From: Merismopediaceae cyanobacterium
GTDB taxonomy: Bacteria > Cyanobacteriota > Cyanobacteriia > Cyanobacteriales > Microcystaceae
Assembly (NCBI GenBank): GCA_035286205.1
Contig: JAYKIP010000432.1
Span: forward strand, 1-33,375
Reading direction: 5' to 3'
Length of the DNA stretch: 33,375 bases
Position numbers and translations under genes: made by a program. Positions within the stretch are counted from its first letter, which is position 1. Each line of letters opens with the position of its first letter. The notes under the pieces are model-generated. The model ran no database searches. It worked only from the letters and a program-made list of their open reading frames with translations, and was not told where the DNA came from. Of the stretch, positions 25,601-33,149 are shown in pieces.

Positions 25601-26397
25601 TGGGTATTTTGAATTAAACTTTGGGCTTTTTCAAGGAGGGTCGGGTTAGCATTTGCCGGTTGATTAAGGCTGGGCAACAGGGGATCTAAACTATTAGCTA
25701 GGGTTTGTAATCCCGCAACTTGGCTCTGATACCAAAATCGTAGGGCGTTTAACACCGGGGCTTCAACGGTATTTAATTCCACCGCGATCGCTTTCTCCAT
25801 GGCCGCAAAAGCCTGTTGTCCCTGGATCACCGTTACAAACAACAGGGGAAAAAAGATAAAAGCAACTAAAATATTAAAGAGGGTTTGTTCAAAGGAAAGA
25901 TAAGCAATATTTTGCTTTAAAATCCGTTGTTGAAAATTGGCGACCCCAAAAATAATGAGATTTGCAACCAGGGCATTAAAAATCCCATTCACCGCCTGTT
26001 TACAGACCACTAACTCCGTCGCTAAAGGAGACATTTGTAACCCAAAACGGTAGGTTAAAAAAATGAAAGGCATCCCCAGACATAACCAATATAAAGCCAC
26101 CCATAACACCAAATTTCCCTGCCGTTGACGGAACTGCCACCCCACAAACAAAGCTTCCCCCATCAAGGCCACCATGGCATAGGGATGTTTCCAGAGAATG
26201 AGGGTATAACTGGCAATGATTACGGCTCCGAAACTGCCCCAAAATAGCCCATAATAATAGATAATCAATAAAGCAAAAATACTGCCAAAAATAAACTCGA
26301 CCCCAAAAAAGAGCGGTAACGAAAAATAATTTCCCAGATAGCCTAACAAAACTAAAACAGGGAGCCAAAGATAGGTGGTCAAAGAAAAACGACGCAT
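22699..26397 (-). CDS. Hybrid sensor histidine kinase: polytopic N-terminal membrane domain, periplasmic Cache-like region, HAMP/coiled coil, PAS, HisKA-HATPase, receiver, C-terminal helical domain
   Basis: The N-terminal ~200 aa has about 6 TM helices, with a second TM at ~470-490. The PAS region reads ERYDLAVSGTNDGLWDWDI...YRMKHREGRYLWIEAKG. The H-box is SHEIRTPMN. N/G boxes are NAIKFT, DTGIGI, GGTGLGL. The receiver has ILVVDD, DLILMDLLMPNMDGFE, KPI. Confidence 0.9.
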   Translation of the reverse strand: MRRFSLTTYLWLPVLVLLGYLGNYFSLPLFFGVEFIFGSIFALLIIYYYGLFWGSFGAVIIASYTLILWKHPYAMVALMGEALFVGWQFRQRQGNLVLWVALYWLCLGMPFIFLTYRFGLQMSPLATELVVCKQAVNGIFNALVANLIIFGVANFQQRILKQNIAYLSFEQTLFNILVAFIFFPLLFVTVIQGQQAFAAMEKAIAVELNTVEAPVLNALRFWYQSQVAGLQTLANSLDPLLPSLNQPANANPTLLEKAQSLIQNTQRSFPAYSVLYLTNQNAQIIVSEPPRNALDEPLLGLNRQSTHQKLRQPVHLQPQFTHLHHDKIETLPHFGVMIPFMAPDGLKGVLYGSLNVEQLSIFLQLNGTAKELTMTLMDNQNRILASSSPELKPMAMLDLQKGGKWRSLTPTLGHWLPDKKISPMLRWRQSFYYAVVPLDHEIPWKLVLRLSPEPQINDLQLLSLKNLITLLVLTGLGLITSIFVSRRVASPLLQLSQVTTDIPRKLLDREPTPSLLPTQVSEIAVLAQNFQTMLQTLKAQFQEIMEARNSLEQRVQERTQELLALNTHLAEEIQYRQEIANQLRISEERYDLAVSGTNDGLWDWDINSDHVYYSPVWMKILGYEGQDLPATVNTWFDLLHPNEQPLAQQAVQEHLAGHTEVYNVVYRMKHREGRYLWIEAKGKCLRDDQGNPYRMVGTITDITDKKQVEVELQRAKENAEIANRTKSEFLANISHEIRTPMNAILGFCELLQRITRDPRSQDYLDAINSSGKTLLSLINDILDLTKIEAGKLKVNYESVNLRQLIAEVQQIFSEKAQQKGLQLLTEQSEQIPLYLLFDEVRLRQILFNIVGNAIKFTETGQVTIAVQTTYLDRDRLHLVISVTDTGIGITPEDQQRIFDVFTQSEGQSTRKYGGTGLGLTITRRLTEMLGGKITINSRLGAGSTFTLSFPDVQCAQEPEPEPANHLRANINQLAPATILVVDDVPSNRALIRCYFEQSHHQILEACDGQEALQMAKTHHPDLILMDLLMPNMDGFEATRLLRQDVATHEIPIVVITAALMSEARSQLAPYCQGFLAKPITWAALLQCLQTCLPMAAPNQREEITPLPRPSEPTSPAPLPLADRPQLQGLRDHLEALQQTTWETVRRRMIMREIRQFQEQLQQWSQDYPFPPLAQYVEQLAQPLRNFDGDKLTQCIEQFPQVIMVLRQHLDQPLEPATMAESPVTESPPNGLS

Positions 26398-26485
26398 GGG
26401 GACAAGGGGAGGAAATCAGGATTCACGGTGGCCAACATAGCCCATTCAAATTAGTTTATAAAACTCATCAAGCTAATTAAGCTAA

Positions 26486-26869
26486 TTATTGACACCGATT
26501 CCTAACTAAATCCGGGCGTAAACTTTGGGCTTGACGCAGATAGGGATGATAAATCGCCTGTTGGGGTTTTAAGGTGTTGATATAAACTAAAATGCGAATA
26601 CACTTTTCTAAACTGCCGACGACGTGCATTTGCTGGACATCTAAAAGCGGAATCGTATCCCAAGCGGGCCGTTGACGAGCGATCGCCGCCGGAAAAATGG
26701 CATCTAGGTCACGGGTGACGGAGAAAGTGACACTGATAATGTCCTGGGGGTCGAGATGATTGTGGGTTTCGATGGCATCTAATAATTCTTTGACCGCCTC
26801 GGCGATCGCCTCCACACTATTTTCGGAAACGGTTGTTGCCCCGCGAATAGCGCGTACTTTCCACTCCAC
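26486..26869 (-). CDS. aroH: Chorismate mutase, AroH class
   Basis: VRAIRGATTV...N motif near the N-terminus, with DIISVTFSVTRDL and a size typical of monofunctional AroH. The preferred start is GTG 26869 (MEWKVRAIRGATT), preceded by GGAGGA 9 nt upstream. The longest ORF extends to ATG 26950. Confidence 0.8.
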   Translation of the reverse strand: MEWKVRAIRGATTVSENSVEAIAEAVKELLDAIETHNHLDPQDIISVTFSVTRDLDAIFPAAIARQRPAWDTIPLLDVQQMHVVGSLEKCIRILVYINTLKPQQAIYHPYLRQAQSLRPDLVRNRCQ

Positions 26870-27023
26870 AAGTCCTATCCTCCGACCAAATGCGTGCTGG
26901 TTACCAATCCTTTTCCTAAGCATATCATTGGCAGGAAAAGAAGACTTCATTCTGCATTCCGGGTCAGTCCCTCGGAACGTCTCTGGGTGAGTATGCCGAC
27001 GCGATCACGGGTTAGCCGGAGCG

Positions 27024-27362
27024 TTAAGCCGATTGGGCGATCGGTTGGGGCCAGACTAAATCCTCTAAACGCTGGAGGTCTTCGCGGCTATGAAATCCCT
27101 CTAAACGCTGGACGATTTTTCCCTGTTCAAATAATAAAAAAGTCGGTAAGCTGTGCAGACGGTAGGTGTTAGCCAATTTGAAATTACTATCGGCATTGAT
27201 CTCCACCAGTTGCAGGCGATCGCCCCATTCTCCCTGGGCTTTATTTAACAACGGTTGGACAAAATGACACAGACCACACCAGGGGGCCCAAAAATACACT
27301 AAAACCGGTTTAGGGGATTCTAAAACAACACGAACAAATGTTTTTTCTGTAACCGATAACAT
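27024..27362 (-). CDS. trxC: Thioredoxin with atypical WCGLC active site (TrxC type)
   Basis: 112 aa with a thioredoxin fold pattern (VLVYFWAPWCGLCHFV...SLPTFLLFEQG). The active site is CGLC rather than CGPC, the variant described for cyanobacterial TrxC. Confidence 0.8.
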   Translation of the reverse strand: MLSVTEKTFVRVVLESPKPVLVYFWAPWCGLCHFVQPLLNKAQGEWGDRLQLVEINADSNFKLANTYRLHSLPTFLLFEQGKIVQRLEGFHSREDLQRLEDLVWPQPIAQSA

Positions 27363-27508
27363 TTGTGGACTTCCCTAGATATGCTCTGTCATCTTAATGT
27401 TATAGCCCAAGGGGATCAATCGGAACAAGAGCCATTTTGCCGATCCGTGTCCTGCGGAAAAGGTTTGTCAAAACAGAATCTTGAGAATGCTAAAGCGGCA
27501 TATTCCCC

Positions 27509-28237
27509 TTACCAAAACGCTTTGGCCGTGATTTGCATTAACCAGGGATGACCCCACCACAACAGAAAAATAAAACCAGTTACCCCCAAATAGGCCGGTT
27601 TCAGAAATTCTTGCCATACCAAAGTTTGTCGTCCTTCCCAAATGGCCTGAAAAGGCATAATCGAAGTCCGTTCCTTCACGTTTAAAAAAGCCTCTCCGTA
27701 TTTGGCCAACCACCGGCGATCGCCATGCCACACCGCAAAACCATGGTGAGCAATTAATCCCAAGGAGGTTAACAGAGTGAAAGTCGTTCCGAGCCAGAGG
27801 GTATGGGCCATACACCACAACACTTGACCCACCATTTGGGGATGCCGACAAATGCGAATAATGCCCGTTTCGTAGAGATGAATTTCCGGTTTTTGCAGAG
27901 CGGCAATTTCTAATAAATTAAACGTGGCGGGATACAAAAAGAAAAAGGAAATGGCGGATAATCCCCACACCAGGGGTTTAATCCCCGATACGCCCTGGAC
28001 TTGCCACAGTTGCAGACCGTCGTAGCGATGATTAAAAAAGTAAACAATTAAATTCCCCGCTAAGGGTAAACTCACCAGGGCAAATAGCACACGATAACCC
28101 CTAGCCCCCAGATACTTTTCTCCCCAGGGTCGTAGGGCCGCCAGACCACTATGGGCGATCGCAAAGGTAAGGAGTAGCACCACCATGATGCCGTGACTCG
28201 GTGTCAACCAGGGAAAAGCGGGCATGAAATCTTGCAT
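27509..28237 (-). CDS. NnrU-family membrane protein (Z-ISO-related family)
   Basis: A polytopic 242-aa protein. It has conserved His-containing segments (FAIAHSGLAALRP, ICRHPQMVGQVLWCMAHTLW, IAHHGFAVWHGDRR), as I recall for NnrU/DUF2306-like proteins. Confidence 0.65.
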   Translation of the reverse strand: MQDFMPAFPWLTPSHGIMVVLLLTFAIAHSGLAALRPWGEKYLGARGYRVLFALVSLPLAGNLIVYFFNHRYDGLQLWQVQGVSGIKPLVWGLSAISFFFLYPATFNLLEIAALQKPEIHLYETGIIRICRHPQMVGQVLWCMAHTLWLGTTFTLLTSLGLIAHHGFAVWHGDRRWLAKYGEAFLNVKERTSIMPFQAIWEGRQTLVWQEFLKPAYLGVTGFIFLLWWGHPWLMQITAKAFW

Positions 28238-28375
28238 TAGAATTGAGAATAATCATTAAAATTTTAAGGTGAGAACCCCAGGTTTTCTCTGTCGGCTAAG
28301 GCTTTTTAAGCAACGCTTAGGGTGAAGAGATGACTGTCTCAGTTTAATTGTGTTAACCATTTTTTCAAAAAAAAC

Positions 28376-30004
28376 ATGAGTATGTCATTTAGGGATTCTT
28401 GGGCAAGGCGATCCAGTCAAAATGTGATCCTGCTCAATATTCTAACAGTCCTTGTTTATATCGTTGGAGTCCAAATTAGTTATCAATTCGTTAACTCTGA
28501 ACTTTCGGAACATACGATCCCGTTGTGGCTTCCCCCGGCTTTTACCCTGGGTTTATTTTTTCATTTTGAATATAGAATTTTGCCCGGCATGATCCTAGGG
28601 GCTATCCTCGGTGCGATCGTGGTTTTGAATCATTTTTCGCCGCCCTTATCCGTTCCCCCTTTTTTATTCCTTACCCTTACCTTTGCCTTTGCTAATACTA
28701 TCCAACCGATTTTAGCGAATCTTTGGCTCAAAAACCGATTAACACAAAAATCTCCGAAAAATAGCCCCTTAGTCTCCCCCAATCCCGCTTTCTCTGGCCC
28801 GTCAGTTATCAATCCCTTTACGACGGTTAAAACTACCCTATTTTTTATTCGGGTTGCGATCCTTACCCCCCTCTTATCCGCTTGTTTTGGCACCCTCTGC
28901 CTAGGGGTAACCAGCCTATTGAGACCCGACCAATTACTGCTTGTTTTTATCACCTGGTGGTTAGCTAATGCCCTAGCCAATCTTGTTTTTTCGCCGGTTT
29001 TCATTTTAGTTCGTTTTGAAAAATGGTCTCTTTTAAAAACGAAGAAAGTAGAGTTAGGGATTGTTCTATTTTTCCTCATCCTGGTGAATATTCTCACCTT
29101 TGTCAGTAACTACCCGGTCGCTTATCTCTATTTACCCTTGATTCTGATTACGGTCTGTCATTTAGGGGGCTTTGTCGCCAATGTGGTGGTTTCTTTAGCC
29201 ACCTTGATCGCTTTATTTTTTACGGGCCAGGGTCACGGTGTTTTTCTCCAGATTTTTCAGATCCAACCCCTCATTTTTCTCCAGTCCTTTACCGGGATTT
29301 TATCCTTAACGGCCCTTCTCTTTGCGGCTCTAACCCAAGAACGTGAACAGGCTCGCAAAGCCCTCATGCGCATGATTGACTCCTTAGAAAATGAAGTGAA
29401 ATGTCGGACTTGTGAATTACACACTGCCCAACAAAAATTACAATTTGCCAATCAAGAATTGGAAAAATTAGTGAATTTAGATGCTCTTACCCAGGTGGCC
29501 AACCGTCGCTGGTTTGATAGGACGTTAGAACAGGAATGGTATCGTTTATTGCGGGAGCAAAAACCCTTATCTTTACTGATGCTTGATATTGATTATTTTA
29601 AGGCTTATAACGATTTTTATGGCCATCCCCAGGGAGATAGCTGTTTACATCAAGTGGCCCAGGTCTTGACCCAAGCCGCCGGGCGTTCTGCGGATGGCGT
29701 GGCGCGTTATGGGGGAGAAGAATTTGCCATTCTATTGCCCTCGACGGATTTGATAGGGGCGATCGCCATTGCCGAAAAAATTCAATGTACTTTAGCTCAC
29801 CTCCGGCTGGCCCATCGGGCTTCCCCTCTCCAACCCACGTTAACGGTCAGTATAGGCATTACCTGTTTGATTCCGACTCCTCCCCATCCTCCCAAAACCC
29901 TCGTCCAGCAAGCCGACCAGGCTCTCTACCAAGCCAAACGACAGGGCCGCAATCAGTACAAAACCTTTTGCTCGTCTGACCCGGTGACCGAGGCGAAAGA
30001 TTAA
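28376..30004 (+). CDS. MASE1-domain membrane sensor fused to a GGDEF diguanylate cyclase
   Basis: The N-terminal ~320 aa is polytopic with a MASE1-like PLWLPPAFTLGL motif, followed by a coiled-coil linker. The GGDEF domain has GGEEF and an intact I-site (RSAD-GVARY-GGEEF). Confidence 0.85.
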   Translation: MSMSFRDSWARRSSQNVILLNILTVLVYIVGVQISYQFVNSELSEHTIPLWLPPAFTLGLFFHFEYRILPGMILGAILGAIVVLNHFSPPLSVPPFLFLTLTFAFANTIQPILANLWLKNRLTQKSPKNSPLVSPNPAFSGPSVINPFTTVKTTLFFIRVAILTPLLSACFGTLCLGVTSLLRPDQLLLVFITWWLANALANLVFSPVFILVRFEKWSLLKTKKVELGIVLFFLILVNILTFVSNYPVAYLYLPLILITVCHLGGFVANVVVSLATLIALFFTGQGHGVFLQIFQIQPLIFLQSFTGILSLTALLFAALTQEREQARKALMRMIDSLENEVKCRTCELHTAQQKLQFANQELEKLVNLDALTQVANRRWFDRTLEQEWYRLLREQKPLSLLMLDIDYFKAYNDFYGHPQGDSCLHQVAQVLTQAAGRSADGVARYGGEEFAILLPSTDLIGAIAIAEKIQCTLAHLRLAHRASPLQPTLTVSIGITCLIPTPPHPPKTLVQQADQALYQAKRQGRNQYKTFCSSDPVTEAKD

Positions 30005-30084
30005 CCCATGGCATGGGAAGGCTCCCTTCTCCGTTAGGATATTAGGATGATAAACGTAATTTCTTCCTTCCTGCCCTGATATAG

Positions 30085-31062
30085 ATGGACATTAAAAACG
30101 GTTTCGTTGAAGCGATCGGGAACACCCCCCTAATTCGTCTAAACAGCTTCAGTGAAGAAACAGGCTGTGAAATCCTCGGTAAAGCAGAATTTATGAATCC
30201 GGGCGGTTCCGTGAAAGACCGGGCGGCCCTAGAAATTATTGAAGAAGCCGAACGTCAAGGCCAGTTAAAACCGGGGGGAACCGTTGTCGAAGGCACGGCG
30301 GGCAATACGGGGATCGGCTTGGCCCATATCTGTAACGCTAAAGGCTATCGCTGTTTAATCGTCATTCCCGAAACCCAATCCCAGGAAAAAATTGATTTAT
30401 TGCGTACCCTAGGGGCGGAAGTCCGAACGGTTCCGGCCGTTCCCTACCGCGATCCCAATAATTACGTGAAATTGTCGGGCCGCATCGCCGCCGAGATGGA
30501 TAACGCCATTTGGGCCAATCAATTTGATAATTTAGCCAATCGTCAAGCCCACTACAAAACCACAGCCCCCGAAATTTGGCAACAGACCGACGGCAAAATA
30601 GATGCCTGGGTAGCCGCCACTGGAACCGGGGGAACCTACGCCGGGGCCGCGCTCTATTTCAAGGAAAAAAATCCCCAAATTCGTTGTGTGGTGGCCGATC
30701 CTTTGGGCAGTGGTTTGTATAGCTACGTGAAAACCGGCGAAATTAAAATTGAAGGCAATTCGATCACCGAAGGTATTGGCAATAGTCGGGTGACGGCCAA
30801 TATGGAAAATGTGCCGATTGATGATGCCATCCAAATTGATGATCCTGAAGCCCTGCGCGTTGTTTATCAACTCTTGAAAAAAGAGGGTCTGTTTATGGGC
30901 GGTTCGGTAGGAATCAATGTGGGGGCGGCCCTAGTTCTGGCTAAAACGTTGGGGCCCGGCCATACCATTGTCACCGTTCTTTGTGATGGCGGGGCGCGTT
31001 ATCAGTCTCGTCTCTACAATGCAGACTGGTTAGCTTCTAAGGGACTTCCTCACCAGTTTTAA
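30085..31062 (+). CDS. PLP-dependent cysteine synthase / cystathionine beta-synthase-like enzyme (no CBS pair)
   Basis: Motifs: GNTPLIRLN; the PLP-lysine motif NPGGSVKDRAA; GTAGNTGIGLA; the tetraglycine-type loop TGTGGT. The N-terminal half resembles CBS-type rather than CysK-type sequences. Confidence 0.85.
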   Translation: MDIKNGFVEAIGNTPLIRLNSFSEETGCEILGKAEFMNPGGSVKDRAALEIIEEAERQGQLKPGGTVVEGTAGNTGIGLAHICNAKGYRCLIVIPETQSQEKIDLLRTLGAEVRTVPAVPYRDPNNYVKLSGRIAAEMDNAIWANQFDNLANRQAHYKTTAPEIWQQTDGKIDAWVAATGTGGTYAGAALYFKEKNPQIRCVVADPLGSGLYSYVKTGEIKIEGNSITEGIGNSRVTANMENVPIDDAIQIDDPEALRVVYQLLKKEGLFMGGSVGINVGAALVLAKTLGPGHTIVTVLCDGGARYQSRLYNADWLASKGLPHQF

Positions 31063-31141
31063 CCCAATTCTTGCTTTGGCCGTTTATATTGAAAGTAACC
31101 GTCAGTCCTGGTTAATTGACACTCCAGCCCGCCTCAACCCT

Positions 31142-31450
31142 ATGACTCAACTGGAACCTAATTCTTTACATGACACAATTCCCCCGGTCGAAGTGGAAAT
31201 TGATCCGGATGTGCCGGGGGAAAATACCTTGGGCGATCGCTGGCGGTTGGCCATGCAACAATTTTTTCAATGGTATGAGCGTCAGAACGCCCCGGTGAAA
31301 ATTGCCTTGGCTGTGACCGGTATTTCCATCGCCCTTTCCTTAACCTTGAAGGTTTTACACCTGATCGCCTCGATCATCAGCGTCACCATTCTCGCGGTGA
31401 TTCTGTACGGGTTATATCAGGTGTTTGTCAAACCCAAATCCCAGGTGTAA
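31142..31450 (+). CDS. Hypothetical small membrane-anchored protein
   Basis: The ORF has ATG at 31142 (TTG at 31076 in the longest form). It has an acidic soluble N-terminus and a C-terminal pair of hydrophobic helices (IALAVTGISIALSLTL...IISVTILAVILYGLYQVF). It ends 18 nt before the helicase ATG. Confidence 0.4.
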   Translation: MTQLEPNSLHDTIPPVEVEIDPDVPGENTLGDRWRLAMQQFFQWYERQNAPVKIALAVTGISIALSLTLKVLHLIASIISVTILAVILYGLYQVFVKPKSQV

Positions 31451-31468
31451 TGGGATCGCTTTTTGGCC

Positions 31469-32959
31469 ATGGCCCGTCTGCCGAAACTGACCTACGATCG
31501 CGGAACCTTGTTATTGCATCCGCCGCCACGCGGTCAAGAATGGGTAGAATTTGTGACCTGGGATGACCGGGTGGAAAAATTTCGCATTCCCGGTTGGCAA
31601 TATCGTCCCCTCGTCGAAAGGTTACAACAGGCGGGTATTGATTTTGTGGATGAGGCCAAGGGTTTTTTCCCGTTGGAATGTTCTTCGGTGAGTCAACGGA
31701 CTCCTTTTCCCCACCAAGCCGAAGCCCTCACCGCCTGGAAAAAAGCCGCCCGTCAAGGGGTTGTGGTACTGCCCACCGCAGCCGGTAAAACTTTTTTAGC
31801 CCAGTTAGCCATTCAATCTACCCCGCGCACGACCTTGATTTTGGTGCCGACCCTCGATTTAATGCACCAGTGGTATGCCCAACTGACCGCCGCTTTCCCC
31901 GATACCGAAGTGGGTCTTCTGGGGGGCGGTTCCCGCGATCGCAGTCCGATTTTAATTGCGACCTATCACAGTGGAGCCATTCACATTGAAACGTTGGGCA
32001 ATCAATACGCTTTATTGATTTTTGATGAGTGTCATCATTTACCCAGTGACTTTTTTCGGGTCATTGCTGAATACGCGATCGCCCCTTACCGTCTGGGATT
32101 AACGGCCACTCCCGAACGCAGTGATGGCAGTCATTTGGACTTAGATCAATTAATTGGCCCGGTGGTCTATCACAAAACCGTTGAAGATTTAGCCGGGGGA
32201 ACCTTAGCCGAGCATGAAGTTATTCAAATTAAAGTCAAATTATCTCCCCAGGAAAAAGAACGCTATGACCAGGCCATACAACTCCGCAACGACTTTTTAC
32301 GCCAGCGAAACATTAAGCTAAGCAGTTTAGACGGATGGCAACAATTTGTGCAGATGAGTGCCAGTTCCCCCCAGGGTCGTCGCGCCATGTTAGCCCATCG
32401 AGAAGCCAAAGAAATTTCCCTCGGTACGGAAAGTAAATTACAGATTTTAACGGAAATCTTAACCACCCATTATCCCGACCCCATTTTAATCTTTACCAAT
32501 GATAATGCAACGGTTTATCGCATTTCTCGTTATTTTTTTATTCCGGCCATTACCCATCAAACCCCCGTCAAAGAACGCCATGAAATTCTAAGTTATTTTC
32601 GAGATGGTCGTTATAAAACCTTAGTCACCTCCCATGTTTTAAATGAAGGCGTAGATGTGCCCCAGGTGAAAATTGCGGTGATTCTATCGGGAACGGCCTC
32701 CACGCGGGAATACGTGCAACGTCTAGGACGCATTTTACGCAAACCGGTTGGAACCCATCAATTAGCGCGTTTATACGAAGTCGTGGCTGAAGATACCAGT
32801 GAAGAACAGGTGGCCCAACGTCGTAAAGCCGCCAGCAAATCTGTCCGACCTTCTCCATTACCATCTCAACAATTAGAGTTATTGTCTGCCTCGGAAAAAC
32901 GCTTGCCCAGGGCCGCCGAAAAGCCGGGAGCCTATCACGTGGAGCCGCCCGAAGCATAA
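31469..32959 (+). CDS. Superfamily-2 DNA helicase of the XPB/Ssl2 (ERCC3/RAD25-like) type
   Basis: Motif I LPTAAGKT, motif II DECHH, motif III GLTATPER, motif V NEGVDVP, motif VI QRLGRILR. An N-terminal ~70-aa domain (LTYDRGTLLL...WDDRVEKFRIPGWQY) resembles the XPB damage-recognition domain. The first ATG is at 31469. Confidence 0.8.
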   Translation: MARLPKLTYDRGTLLLHPPPRGQEWVEFVTWDDRVEKFRIPGWQYRPLVERLQQAGIDFVDEAKGFFPLECSSVSQRTPFPHQAEALTAWKKAARQGVVVLPTAAGKTFLAQLAIQSTPRTTLILVPTLDLMHQWYAQLTAAFPDTEVGLLGGGSRDRSPILIATYHSGAIHIETLGNQYALLIFDECHHLPSDFFRVIAEYAIAPYRLGLTATPERSDGSHLDLDQLIGPVVYHKTVEDLAGGTLAEHEVIQIKVKLSPQEKERYDQAIQLRNDFLRQRNIKLSSLDGWQQFVQMSASSPQGRRAMLAHREAKEISLGTESKLQILTEILTTHYPDPILIFTNDNATVYRISRYFFIPAITHQTPVKERHEILSYFRDGRYKTLVTSHVLNEGVDVPQVKIAVILSGTASTREYVQRLGRILRKPVGTHQLARLYEVVAEDTSEEQVAQRRKAASKSVRPSPLPSQQLELLSASEKRLPRAAEKPGAYHVEPPEA

Positions 32960-33064
32960 TCCCTTAAATCCCTGAAATTGAGTCAGAGTCAGGCTTTCTG
33001 GGGTAAAAACGGAGACCTTCCCCCAATTTGTGATAAGATCGCCGGAAGATTTCTTGCAATTCCT

Positions 33065-33149
33065 GGAGAGGTGGCAGAGTGGTTGATCGCGCTCGACTTG
33101 AAATCGAGTTTAGGGAAACCTAACGTGGGTTCAAATCCCACCCTCTCCG
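33065..33149 (+). tRNA. tRNA-Ser (anticodon UGA), CCA not encoded
   Basis: Manual cloverleaf fold: acceptor GGAGAGG/CCTCTCC; anticodon stem CTCGA/TCGAG with loop CTTGAAA (anticodon TGA); long variable arm TTAGGGAAACCTAAC; T arm GTGGG-TTCAAAT-CCCAC; discriminator G. Confidence 0.9.

Noticed and set aside
26470-26487. Direct 9-nt duplication AAGCTAATT x2 at the aroH stop codon
   Set aside because: There are only two copies and it is AT-rich. It overlaps the stop and 3' end without an obvious consequence, so I judged it not distinguishable from chance.
28630-29097. 155-aa minus-strand ORF inside the MASE1 region, and similarly 26000-26368 inside the kinase
   Set aside because: These are basic, low-complexity translations opposite to or out of frame with hydrophobic membrane-domain codons. 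They are shadow ORFs.
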